Assembly (NCBI GenBank): GCA_043228905.1
Contig: JBHGNT010000018.1
Location: forward strand, 14,942,001 to 15,006,000
Length of the DNA: 64,000 bases
DNA from: Azolla caroliniana
Lineage: Eukaryota; Plantae; Polypodiophyta
Reading direction: 5' to 3'
How positions within the stretch are numbered: the first letter of the stretch is position 1; every line of letters starts with the position of its first letter. The notes under the pieces are model-generated. The model saw only the letters and a program-made list of their open reading frames with translations. It was not told the DNA's origin and did not search any database. Below, one piece after another: positions 53,050-64,000 of this stretch. The translations under genes and the position numbers were made by a program.

Positions 53050-53341
53050 AGAAAAGATATATATTATGTGAAGAGAATGTACAGTAGCAGCTAGGAGGCT
53101 TAAGATTGGCGTTGAACCAATTTGGTTCGAAATAATGCCTTGTGCCTCCTTTTATAGTGTTCTAAGGAATACTCCTGAAGTTTCTAGAATGTTCCAGGGA
53201 AATCTGGAATACACATCAATTTTTCTATAATAAAACATAAATGAAAATAATATTCTACGTATTACAATGTATGGTCTAATGGTTAAGAGCTCGACCCATG
53301 TAGCATAAGGTCGTGGGTTTGAGTCTTGCCATATCATGACA
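51941..53341 (-). mobile_element. Second Tcn1-like chromovirus, 5' part: LTR 52910-53341 and gag
   Basis: Gag is closely similar to 30800-31963 (KEPKIGLPAKFDG..MHPSRYPTDASRVGLVG); 432-bp TGTCA..TGACA LTR. Confidence 0.92.
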
Positions 53342-54762
53342 ATATGCCTCTCCAACCTATGAGGTAACCATAGATTTCCTATGAATTTCCTCACCTAGCA
53401 AAGCACCACAAATATAAGTGTACACCAATTTTCCTTTTGGTGCACTATTACTGATGGCAATAAAGAAAGTTTCCCATGAGATAAGCAAAGTGCATAACAA
53501 AAAACTAGATTTCAGCTCATCATCCATGGTCATTTTTTGAGCTTGCAACTGACACCATAATGCATCAAACTCATTTAGATGAGAAGCAACACTATAGATG
53601 TCCTTCATGCGAAGGACATAGAGCTTTCACATCAAAAACACATTGTTTGATGCGGTTTCCTTCTCATATGTATTGCATAACTTTCTTCGGAATTTTTACT
53701 GTCTAAAATAGTGACATAGACATTATCTGCCAAGTGCAATCTTATCGTAGACATGGTCAAAGCATCAAGTTCCTCCCAATCATCATTAACCATGTCATCC
53801 GGCTTCTTGGCTTTTCCGCCTAGAGGCCTCATTTGCTTTCTTTGAACTAATACATCACACATGTCTGATTCTTCCACAAAGCAAAATTAGATCCATCAAA
53901 TTTGCAGATCTCAATATGATCTTTTCCCAAAAACGAATAGATCTTACATGAACTATTCATACCAACAAAAGTTCTACTAGATGTATCCAACGTTTCAGAC
54001 TCCATGGGAGTGAACAACAATATCAAACAACTGAGCACAAGAACTTCTCAACTGAACACTAGAAGCAAGCAACTAACCAACTTATTGCCCCCGGAAAAAA
54101 AAAATCTCAAAATGATATTGATGAGTGCATGTAACAAGTACCACTATGCATGCACCTTCCAATTTATATCAACTATAGCTAGCATCTATTTCTAAAATCA
54201 CACGTTGTAGGCATCTGCTATGCATCCAAATTGATTCCAACTCTTTGCCGAATGTAGTGAGGTTTCCCACCACAACTTATTTCCTCTGACAAATATGTTG
54301 AACAAGCGCAAGAGTTTAAATAAGTGGAATACCTGGGGATGGCAAGCTGTTTTTCTTCTTGTCGAGGGAAAAAACCCGAAAAATTAAAGATGCCCAACAG
54401 CAAATCACCCGAAAAATTAAAGATGCCCAACAGCAAATCGATGCTTCAACAAAGTGGCTCCAATCACAAACGTTACTGCTACAATCTCCCAAGCTCTCTA
54501 TTATGATCTCCCAAGCTCTGATACCACTGTTATAGATCGGTGGAGCATAGAGCCAAGACAGAATAGTTGAGGGAAGGAAAAACTCTTTTCATAAAAAGGG
54601 AAAAACAGCAAAAAACGATGAGTGCAATTTTTTTGCCTCTATGTCGTAGAGGAGTTTTTTCTCTCACACCCTATATCACTAATTAAAAATAAGAGCACCG
54701 GCCATTTTGGCCTTTTCACACTATGTACATGTCTATGTACGTATGGCAATTAGGGCTTAACA
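53342..54762 (-). mobile_element. Decayed Copia 5' part: LTR (~54528-54762), Met PBS (54515-54526), gag
   Basis: TGGTATCAGAGC on the minus strand; KFDGSNFALWK..WEELD..STIRLHLADNV..HLNEFD; TGTTA..TAACA ends. Confidence 0.85.
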
Positions 54763-55206
54763 AACGTTCCTGGTATTGTCATGTTGTTTTAATATATACA
54801 ATACTTTCATGAATAGAGAAGCCGATTGTAAGCAGTTAATTATGAATCATGCGAGCATGGAGAAACTGGGAAACTTATAGATAATTATATAAGTACAGTG
54901 TGGATTCAATTTAATTCATGAGTTTCAAATGTGGCTTAGAACTATAAATAAATTGCTCACCATTACATGGAGGCTTTATACAGTTTATTTCAGGCATATA
55001 TACACATATAAATAAATCAGGCATAAATCCATAGGCCTATCTATATAGAGTATTATTACTCTAATGCATATTATATAGGCCTATATAGAGTATTATTACT
55101 CCAGTGCATATTATCTAGCAGTCAGGTTATTGTTCTGAAGCTGAATGCTAAGGAAGTACATGATCATATCATTATCTCCATGGATATGCCCAACCATGTT
55201 TCATGG

Positions 55207-56373
55207 TTAGATTTCTAAAGATTGAGATTTCATGGCTTGACCATTAGCATGTGGAGGCGGAGGCGGCGACGCACCATTCATGCTCCGTTTGGATCGGCTA
55301 TCGTCTTGTCGGTTGACCGGGGGGTAGGATCTGGTGAGAATCTTGAGGCGGGGTTTCGGAAGCAAAGTTGGGGGGTAATGGATCGTCACCTGGAGTATGA
55401 AATAGGTTAATGTGACCAAGCACACAATTCCGCCGATTGCGGTCGTGACCACCATGATTGTAGTGTATCCCGGCTCGGACACTCCATCCGGGTGCAATGC
55501 CGCGAAACCTGCCGAGGCGAATGCGAATGTGACCGACACCAACGAGAGGGCCAGCGAGAAGGAAGTGTACCATATGTATTGGTGAAGCTCGGCCGCGATC
55601 TGGCCTATATAAATGGTAGGTGTCGGGAGGAGGATCGCGATGCTCAATCCCATGGCCGCAACCGCGAAGAAAAAGGACACACTATTGGTGACCCAGAAGA
55701 CCTTCATCCCAGCATTGCGGAAGGCCTGAGACGGGACTTGCAACCATCCGGTGAACGTGACCCCGGCCGTCAATGCGGCGGCCACGAGTATGGCATGTAC
55801 TATTTGCACATACACCTCCCTGTCCTTCCACAACTTCTCATTGAATTGTTGGAATTCCTTCTGGCCTTGTAATATGTCCATGACCGTCTCGTTCTCTAGC
55901 TCGAATGCGATATGGAACGCTGTCATCCCCATGCGGTCCTTGATCCTCGGGTTTAGCCTCTCCTCATGCGCATTGTCTTCCGAGTGGTCGACCAAAGCCT
56001 GGACAATGTCCACCCGATTGTGAAGCACTGCCCAATGCAGGCACGTCCGCTTCTCCTTCGCATCGCACCGGTTCAACGTGTATTTCGAACCCGGCCGCAT
56101 GAGCCACTCAAAGACATCTCTCTTCCCGAGGTAAAGCGCTAGGTACGTAGGAAGTGAACTTGTCCACCCCTGCTCGAGCTCCTCTCGTGTTCGCTTATCA
56201 TCGAGGTCGGGGTCACGATCCTTGAGATTATCTTTGAGCATCCTTACGATTTCGTCCGACGACATTGATGACAAAGGGGTATTCCGGTTTCTGTGTTCCA
56301 CACTATGACAATCGGCACGACTAGTCGTCCCTGGTGCCGAATATTGATCTTCGTTATTCCCGCTAGTATCCAT
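55207..56373 (-). CDS. Ankyrin-repeat plus PGG-domain membrane protein (ACD6/ITN1-like), intronless, 388 aa
   Basis: RTCLHWAVLHNRVDIVQALV and GMTAFHIA ankyrin repeats; ILVAAALTAGVTFTGWLQVP followed by about 4 hydrophobic segments; ATG at 56373. Confidence 0.88.
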   Translation of the reverse strand: MDTSGNNEDQYSAPGTTSRADCHSVEHRNRNTPLSSMSSDEIVRMLKDNLKDRDPDLDDKRTREELEQGWTSSLPTYLALYLGKRDVFEWLMRPGSKYTLNRCDAKEKRTCLHWAVLHNRVDIVQALVDHSEDNAHEERLNPRIKDRMGMTAFHIAFELENETVMDILQGQKEFQQFNEKLWKDREVYVQIVHAILVAAALTAGVTFTGWLQVPSQAFRNAGMKVFWVTNSVSFFFAVAAMGLSIAILLPTPTIYIGQIAAELHQYIWYTSFSLALSLVSVTFAFASAGFAALHPDGVSEPGYTTIMVVTTAIGGIVCLVTLTYFILQVTIHYPPTLLPKPRLKILTRSYPPVNRQDDSRSKRSMNGASPPPPPHANGQAMKSQSLEI

Positions 56374-59300
56374 CACTCAAGTCACCAAATGTCTCTAAGC
56401 TTCTCCTCCTCCCCAATTATGTCAATAATATAGAAGCTGAGTGCACTTTGACAATGAATTGTGTTTGTCCATATCTCCAAATGTGGCATGTGCATATATG
56501 CCTATTGTACACGCACGTATACACGCTATGTGTCGATGGTGTCGTTGGACTTGGTCCCTAAGGGCCACAATCCCATGCTACTCTTTTTAATATTTCGAAT
56601 GTCCACATATGTTTGCTTCATCACTTTTTTAAATGTTTCGAATGTCCATATATATTGCTTGACGTCTAATGCTACAATTCTCTCTTTTCCTTGTTTACCT
56701 ATGTCAACTAGAGTATAGGTCCACCACGGTTGGCCTCGAAGAATAAACGTATTGGAGGAGATACCGACCACAAATTTAGGACAACTTGCCCTCTTTATTT
56801 TGGAGCTAGCTAGAATATCATCTTACCGTCATCATCTCTCATTGGTGCTCCTCCCCAGTGCTACGGTAATCATTGCATAGCTCTTGCAATCCACCTTCAT
56901 TGTAGTTTATAGTTGTTGTATTAGTACAACTCGAAAGATTTTCAATATTTAGGCTTTTGAATTAACTAGTTGTAAATAAATACATAGACTAGTAGGCCAT
57001 TAATCATTAGGGATATAGAATTCTCTTTCAATTACAATCAATAATTTTTTGTTCACATTTAGGTCATAAATCCTATTTATTTTATATTTTTCATTATGAG
57101 AGTACGGTCTTATTATAATGATATTTGTATACTCGTACACGACATTCAATTAGTTATCATCATGCTTCTTGAGGTAGACGTTCTTGACTTTATCAAGTAC
57201 ACGATCTTGATTGCAATAGACTTCACCAAGTCTTTATCAATAATGCCATTTGGTTATATATAATTATTCTACAAGAAACCAAAATCTAGGAATCATTTTA
57301 GCTTAATCTTGGAAAATACATTCCTTTCTATGGACACACGTTTGCCACTATTAGTTTTTCACATTCATCTCTTGACCACTTGTTTCTAGCACACAAGTCC
57401 CAATACTTTCATGGCCCTATTCTACCAAGAACATGTAAAGAAAGTTGTCCACTATTTGTATCAAATATTGTAATCCTCTATCAATTACCATTTGACATAG
57501 CTCACATTCACTTAATTACTCATTGTTATTTGCATTGGCTATCACAAGTCACCAAATCTCAAATCGATACTTATTAGTAAAGCAAACCTAGTCTAGTTAC
57601 AAGAATTTAGTGTACCCATAAATCCATAAATGCACATATATCATGTCACTGCTCAAATCTTCTATTCCTAAATGTTATTAGTGTTCATCATCACCAATAA
57701 TCTCACAATGACATTGTATGGTCACTAGTTCTTAGTTTATAACCTATGCCCCATAAGATCGATGTCACTACTACGCTTGTCTATTTCAATGTCACTAATA
57801 GTAATATTGGTCACCATATCAACAACAAAATTCACCTTCCCATTTTCAAAGTATCATCCATATGACAATGCAATCCATGATATAGTATATACAAGAAAAC
57901 ACTCATGTGTGTTGTAGCAATATATCACTAAAAATGAGCATTACAAGTTGCATCATGAATATCGAAACTATAGTAGCCACGTATCTCATACAGGTATAGT
58001 ACGCCAAAAGAATAATAATAATATCTATATCATATACATGGACACCAGTATTTGTAGTGCTCAAAAAAGGTTTCTTGAATCTGATTCAAGGACAAACTAG
58101 ATATGAAATCATTAACTTGGGGGGTGGTGCATTGACTTAGGACATGGATGTGTTGATTGCAATAACTTTGCTAACTCATTACTCTACAATATATACACAC
58201 AAATATATATTAAATATATCTATATTACTTAAAGTTAGAGAATCCTTAATAAATGTATAAATCTTTATTATTATTATTTTTGGTTGACTTTATTGCCTAT
58301 TTCAATTTCTCCCTCTCTTTTACTTCACTTTATATATATGTATGTATGTATGTATTTTATCTTGGTCCAATATGACATCAAGGATATAGGACATGAACAT
58401 GTATTCCTCAAAACCTATGGGGGACATTAATATGGAAACAATTGTTCCAAGTAAATGCAATATTATGTGAGAATAAATCGTTTAAGTGAAAATTGGGAAA
58501 ATTTTGACATATGTTTAGGCAATACATATAGATGAGGGTCACAAGGCTAGTCTAACTAGGATAATTTGTGAGAGATAGCCAATATCTTTTTGTATATATT
58601 GTAGATGAGAAAGAGAATGAATCAAAAGAATGTATTGATGATTAATGTTTAAGTCAATGTTAAGGTAGTTTTGCAACCTTTTGATGTATTCTTTGATCGT
58701 AGTGTCAACCTATAGGGTATGTGTTTGTATGTGAAGAAAGAAAAACTCTTAAACGCTAAGTTTTACAATAGGTCAAGGTTTTGGAAAAAGTGGTTACTAG
58801 AAGATAAAGTAAGGAGGTGAAGGTTTCATCCTACTAGAAGGATCCTAAGGGAAAAGTTGATCGACAATGCACAAGAGAATGAAGCATACAATAAATATGA
58901 TCATAAATAAAGCATCAGGTGCTTCTTAATACTCCAAGCAAGACAACGTCACAAGCAGCGATGGTGGGGTTTACGTTGCAGAGAGTGCCCCAAACGCAGT
59001 TGATCAATGCCGAGTTTCCCTACTCCTCATGTGTCAAGTGTGTCTCTTTGATTAGGGTGTAAGGTTAGTAGTAGGGCTACACAGGGACAACAGAACATGT
59101 TGGTGAAGGAGCCAACGAAGGGCAATAAAGCGTTGTTGTGCCTTTTGGTGTCGGATCGTTGCGTGAGTCGGGTGGGAACCGTTAGGGTTTTGGACTAGGA
59201 GGAGGAAGAATTTGAGGCAATCTAGTTATGAGTATATTATAAGAAAGAGAGATAGAAACTTGTGAATCCCACAAGTATAATATATTTTATTAATCAATAT

Positions 59301-60224
59301 TTAGATAAGAATATGAAATTAGAATGAAAGAGATAGATATAGAAACCTCGTGAATCCCACGAGTATAGTTTATTTCATGAATCCCACGAATATAATTTAT
59401 TAATTGGTGTTTTTAGAAATATATCCAATTTCCAAAGTTTTCACACATTATTTATTTATTTATTTTTCTCCCCTTATTATATTGTGCTCCCCATCCTTAT
59501 ATAGTGATGAGAGAGTCTTTACAATCCATGCTTTTTCTCTAACTATAGACTCCATGCTTTTTTTGTCGATAGACTACATGCGTTCTCTAACATGCTTTTT
59601 TTCTAAAAGTGATCATGCGTTTTTTTATTATCTAACTATAGTGTTCATTCAAGCTAGATTTGCATGTGTAGTTTTTTTTTTCTATCATGCGTTTTTCTTC
59701 TAATTAAAGTTTATCCTAGCGTGAATGTAGCTTTCTATGTGTGACATCTACTATTTAAACACTAATGATATGTTAGTGTAATGGTAAGGTTGCACATTAA
59801 TTGCATGGAGGTACAAGGTTCAAATCTTGCCCTATGCATGTATTATATATTTTGATATTTCTTTCTTTTCTTCATATTTATTCAATCGGTTATTTTATAC
59901 ATTTTTCACATAGTGTGCGAAATACACTACGACAGCGTCAATGGTGGCAGTCAAAGTATCAGCGGCAAGGGGGGCTATCGGACAGTGGGTGGAGTTGAGG
60001 TATGCATTGTAAGGGATGAATAAGGATTGGGAGAAGTAGCAAGCTGGGAATTTGGGACAAAGGAAAGCAAGTGACATGTGGAAAGACCTAGGGAAACACA
60101 TTAATGGAGGAGTTAGAAGGATATGCAAGGAACTGGTGAATCAGACAGATAATGGGGGATGGATGGAAGAGGAGGTTAGGGCTCCCGTCAGCAGTATGGT
60201 GACGACCGTCTTCACAATTGACTG

Positions 60225-61548
60225 TGTTAGGTTAGAAGTCCCTCGGATGGGAAGAGGAGTTCAAATCAGAGAAAGGGGAGAACCGAAAATCGACACGATC
60301 ATTAGCCGAATCGAGAGACTATACTTGTAAATAGTCTAAATATGCCCTTAGTGGGCCATAGTTGTAAATAGTACATATTGTATATTAGTATATATACACC
60401 TAGGGCAATCATTATATGAGGATATTTTTGTTGAATAGTTATAGAAGGTAGTTGCCTCTATAACTAGTGAGAGAGAGTGAGTGAGTGAGTGAGCGTGAGT
60501 TATAACTCAACCACTATCTGCTAGACGAAGATGAGCTCAAAGTCGGTGCCTGTGAGTCTCCTTGTATTTCACTCCATATATAGTGATTTGTTTCTTGGGG
60601 TTTGTGGACCCCCGTGGTTTTTTCCCTTTCGGGTTTTTCCATGTTAAAATATCATGCTCTGAATCTATTTCGTTTCCTGTCTGTCTTGTGACTATTTTTC
60701 TCGATCTTTGCACTCGAATACGAATCTAAGAAACCAGTTGTGGCAGGTTGTGATCCTAACAATGTGGTATCAAAGTGAGGTTGTATAACCCTCAAGCAAA
60801 GAATGAGTGATGGAAGAACACTTCGACAAAATGTTCAAGTTAACCGGCTCCAACTATTCAGTGTGGAAGTCGAAGATGCGGGATTTCCTCATGTGCAAAG
60901 ACCTATGGTTGTCTGTGTAGTACGGAAATTTCAAGCCCGACACGATCGATGCATCAACATGGGAAGTCATGCATCTGAAGGCATACGTGAGGTGTTTTAT
61001 AGACATGAGTGTACAACAACTTCAATGAGGAGACAGACGCCGAAGAAGATCGAGTTCATGTTTGAGAACAAGAACATCATAAACAGAGTCCTAGTCTTCA
61101 AAAAGATTGTGGGGCTTCTGTATTGAAGACAAAGGACCAGGTGTTATCTGTCTTCAAGGAGTTCCAAGCGAGAGCCGAGAAAGAGACCGGCCGAAAATTG
61201 AAGTCAGTCCAAACAGATAACGGAGGAGAATACCGAGGACCGTTCGAAGAATACTGCCGAGCAAAGGGAATCTGGTTCAAATAGACCATGCCGAAGATGC
61301 CAAAGCTAAACGGACTGGCCAAGAGGATAAACCAACCCATTATGGAAAGGGTTCAAAGTATGTTAGCACATGCAAAATTGTCGAAGATGTTTTGGGCTGA
61401 GGCGTTGATGACAATGACGTATGTGATAAACAGGTCACCCTTAGTACCCTTGGATGGTGATATTCCACAAAGGGTGTGGAGTGACAAAGACGTCTCGTAC
61501 CGACATTTGAGAGTGTTTGGTTGTCTTGCTTATGTGCATGTTGCTAAG
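60225..61548 (+). mobile_element. Internally deleted Tork-like Copia: LTR 60225-60761, degenerate Met PBS, gag and integrase pieces
   Basis: TGTTAGG..CCTAACA; TGGTATCAAAG; LTGSNYSVWK gag piece joined to LKTKDQVL..DNGGEY..FWAEAL integrase. Confidence 0.88.
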
Positions 61549-64000
61549 TGTTGAAATACAAGCTCAACATTGGGTGCGAAAACCAGTGCGTAGACTGGGT
61601 GCGTAAACTAGGCGAGCAACGAGAGGCCGTAGTGGTGCGTAAACTGGGAGGTCATTGGACAGATATTTCGTAGATGAATATATTTTGGGGGTTAGTGTAT
61701 AGGCTCATTGATGAGCATTGAAGTACGAGTCAGTACTTCTATCAGTCCGTATGGACTTGTATAAAAGTGCTCTCTGAACTGTTGTCTGTACGAGGGAGAA
61801 TACGCCGTCTTTTTTCGACTTACAATCGATGCTCCTAGTAGAGGAGAACCACGTGGGTGCATCAACGAGTACACACGCCGACAACAAGGTGTTGTACATG
61901 AAGGAAGATAGGCCCCGTGGTCATGGCAGATGAGGCGAGTCGGCGCACAATGGAGGCGGCCGACAGGAGCAAGATGGAAGGCATGGTTCTAATGTCAACA
62001 CTAGTTCCGGATCCCCTAGAAGCAGGTGGGGTCGAGGCGGCGCCGAAAACTGGCAAGGAAAACCCGTCGTGGAATGTTGGTATTGTGGCAAGAAAGGCCA
62101 CAAGGAGAGCGAGTGCTGGAAGAAACACGCCGATTTGGAGAAAACCGCATCCGGATCCGAGCAGACTGAACAAGGAAATCGGTAGCGATCGCTCTACGCC
62201 GAGGGCTCCGAACGTACCGGAAATGGATTGGGCCTAGCCTTCGTAATGAAGCACAAGGCCAATTCGATGGCGGTGAACACCTCGAAACCGAACGAGGTGT
62301 GGTATGTTGACTCCGAAGCGTAAAATCATATGACGAGTGACAAGGAATGGTTCTCGTACTTGGAGAAACCAGAAAAACAAGGAGTGGTCGAAACTGTAGA
62401 TGACACTCGCATACCATCGAACATGTCGGAGAAGTTCCCCTGAGCCACGTTGGGTAGAAAGGGAAACTCATGAACGTGCAACACGTCCTGACAATAACCA
62501 AGAACTTGGTGTTGGTCGAACAAATCGTCGACCAGGGGATGTAAGTTTGATTCACGCATCTCGGTTGCGACATCAAAGAAGAGGGCAAAGTCATTGCACA
62601 AGGGCGTCGAGAAGGGAGGATGTTCATCCTTGACACCAACCAACCCGGAACCGCATTGTTTGCGGAGGGACAAAAGGTTGAATCAGATATCGACCTGTGG
62701 CACAAGCGGTTTAGCCACATTAACTTCCCACAGCTTCGTGAAATGCAGATGAAGAACATTATTTTCGGATTGCCGAAATTTCGGGGCCGTAATGGCCAAG
62801 TCTACGAAGCCTACCAACTCGGGAAGTAACACCGACTTCCATTCCCCAATGAGTGTAATCGTAGTCGAAATCCGTTGGATTTGATCCATTCGAATGTGTG
62901 GGGACCGGCTCAGAATGCAAGTCTCGATGGAAGTCGTTACTTCGTAACCTTCATCGATGACTTCACTCAACATACCTAAACGAGCTTGATCGCGAAAAAG
63001 AGCGAAGTCTTCACGTGGTTCCTCAAGGTGAAGAGCATTGCGGAAAGGGAAACTGGACGTAAGATCAAGTGCCTACGGTGTGATGGCGGGAAGGAGTACT
63101 TCTCCAACCAATTCACAAGTTATCTACAGAAGGAGGGAATTCGACACGAATTCTCGTGTAGATATACCCTGGAGCAGAACGGCTTAGCCAAGTGGAAGAA
63201 TCGGATAATCGAAGAAGCCGCCAGGGCAATGCTTGAAGAGAAGCATATGCTGAAGTTTTATTGGGTTGAAGACATAAGGACGGCGGTTTACTTGCAGAAT
63301 CGGACCTGTGCTAATGGAGGAGTGTCGCCACATGAGATATATTACGGCAAGAAGCCGAACTTGGCACACTTGAGGATTTTCAGCAGCATTTCGTACGCAC
63401 ATGTGGCGAAGGAGAGATGGAGGAAGCTGGATGTCAAAGCCGAAAAGTGCAGCTTAGTCGGCTATTCAGATGAACAAAATGGATATAAGTGTTATAACCC
63501 CCGAACAAAGGAAGTTCGCGTAAGCCGAGATGTCGTGTTCGACGAGTCCGCTTCATGGTATTTGCCTCCACCTCCAATACCTCATGACGCCATTCCGAAT
63601 TCTGAACAAGAGGTCAGCGAGGCCGAGCTGCCCCCGCGTGATGAGGAAATCGGAGATCTGACAGAGAGTCTGATCTCATTTCGGCTAAGTGGGCCGAATG
63701 AGGAGTTGGGGCAAGATGGCCAACCAAAAGAAGAGTCGGCGAGTAGTGGAGACTCGGTCGTGTTGTCCCCACGTAAAGAACCGAGGAGACGGTTCATGCG
63801 TAATGAAAAAGGGAAGAAGAAAATGTCGGAATTCGATTTCGGCAGTGCCGAGTTAGATCGGAGCGAGTCTGATTTTGGGCCAATCGAAAAGGAATCTCCA
63901 TTGAAGAAGTCAAAACCGGCTAAAAAGGCCGTGAAATCAGGTAATCACGAATTATGCCAATCTACCCGCCTGACGAACCCTGTAAAGAGGTATGAGTACA
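61549..64000 (+). mobile_element. Nested decayed Copia (partial LTR, gag knuckle, protease, integrase); runs off the window end
   Basis: TGTTGAAATAC start inside the host integrase; CWYCGKKGHKESEC, WYVDS, LWHKRFSH, DGGKEY, PEQNG. Confidence 0.88.

Noticed and set aside
51750-53341. Functional tRNA genes at the A/B-box modules
   Set aside because: No complete acceptor or anticodon stems could be folded; only the promoter boxes are supported.
56700-59000. Possible decayed transposon in the AT-rich region upstream of the ankyrin gene
   Set aside because: No motif, terminal repeat or TSD could be identified by eye.

Overview
Eukaryotic, transposon-dense land-plant genomic DNA, probably a non-seed plant such as a moss. 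That guess is an inference from the Tcn1-type chromoviruses, RTE/RTEX-like LINEs and GT-AG intron-rich genes. Three host genes are present, all on the minus strand: a 7-exon nuclear poly(A)-binding protein (PABN/PABP2, 22190-25252), a 6-exon twin-CX9C CHCHD2/10-like protein (39395-42840) and an intronless ankyrin-repeat/PGG membrane protein (55207-56373). The rest is mostly nested retroelements: a full-length Gypsy with a ~1000-codon extra ORF inside a decayed Copia; a very young, near-intact Copia; a full-length Tcn1-like chromovirus inside a LINE; and a Copia>chromovirus>Trp-primed gag-only stack next to a 100-N gap. There are also LINEs, a TPRT-type retrocopy and a MITE. The most striking unexplained signal is a tRNA-type Pol III A-box/B-box pair at 32-33 nt spacing. 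It lies antisense in the U3 of three different LTR families and in a fourth repeat, with unrelated spacer sequences. Other notable signals: co-varying self-priming sites in both chromoviruses, heat-shock elements in their LTRs (one LTR faces PABN), strong CCGG enrichment in the GC-rich LTR elements, and a long A-rich tract downstream of the PABN stop codon. All counts and alignments were done by eye.
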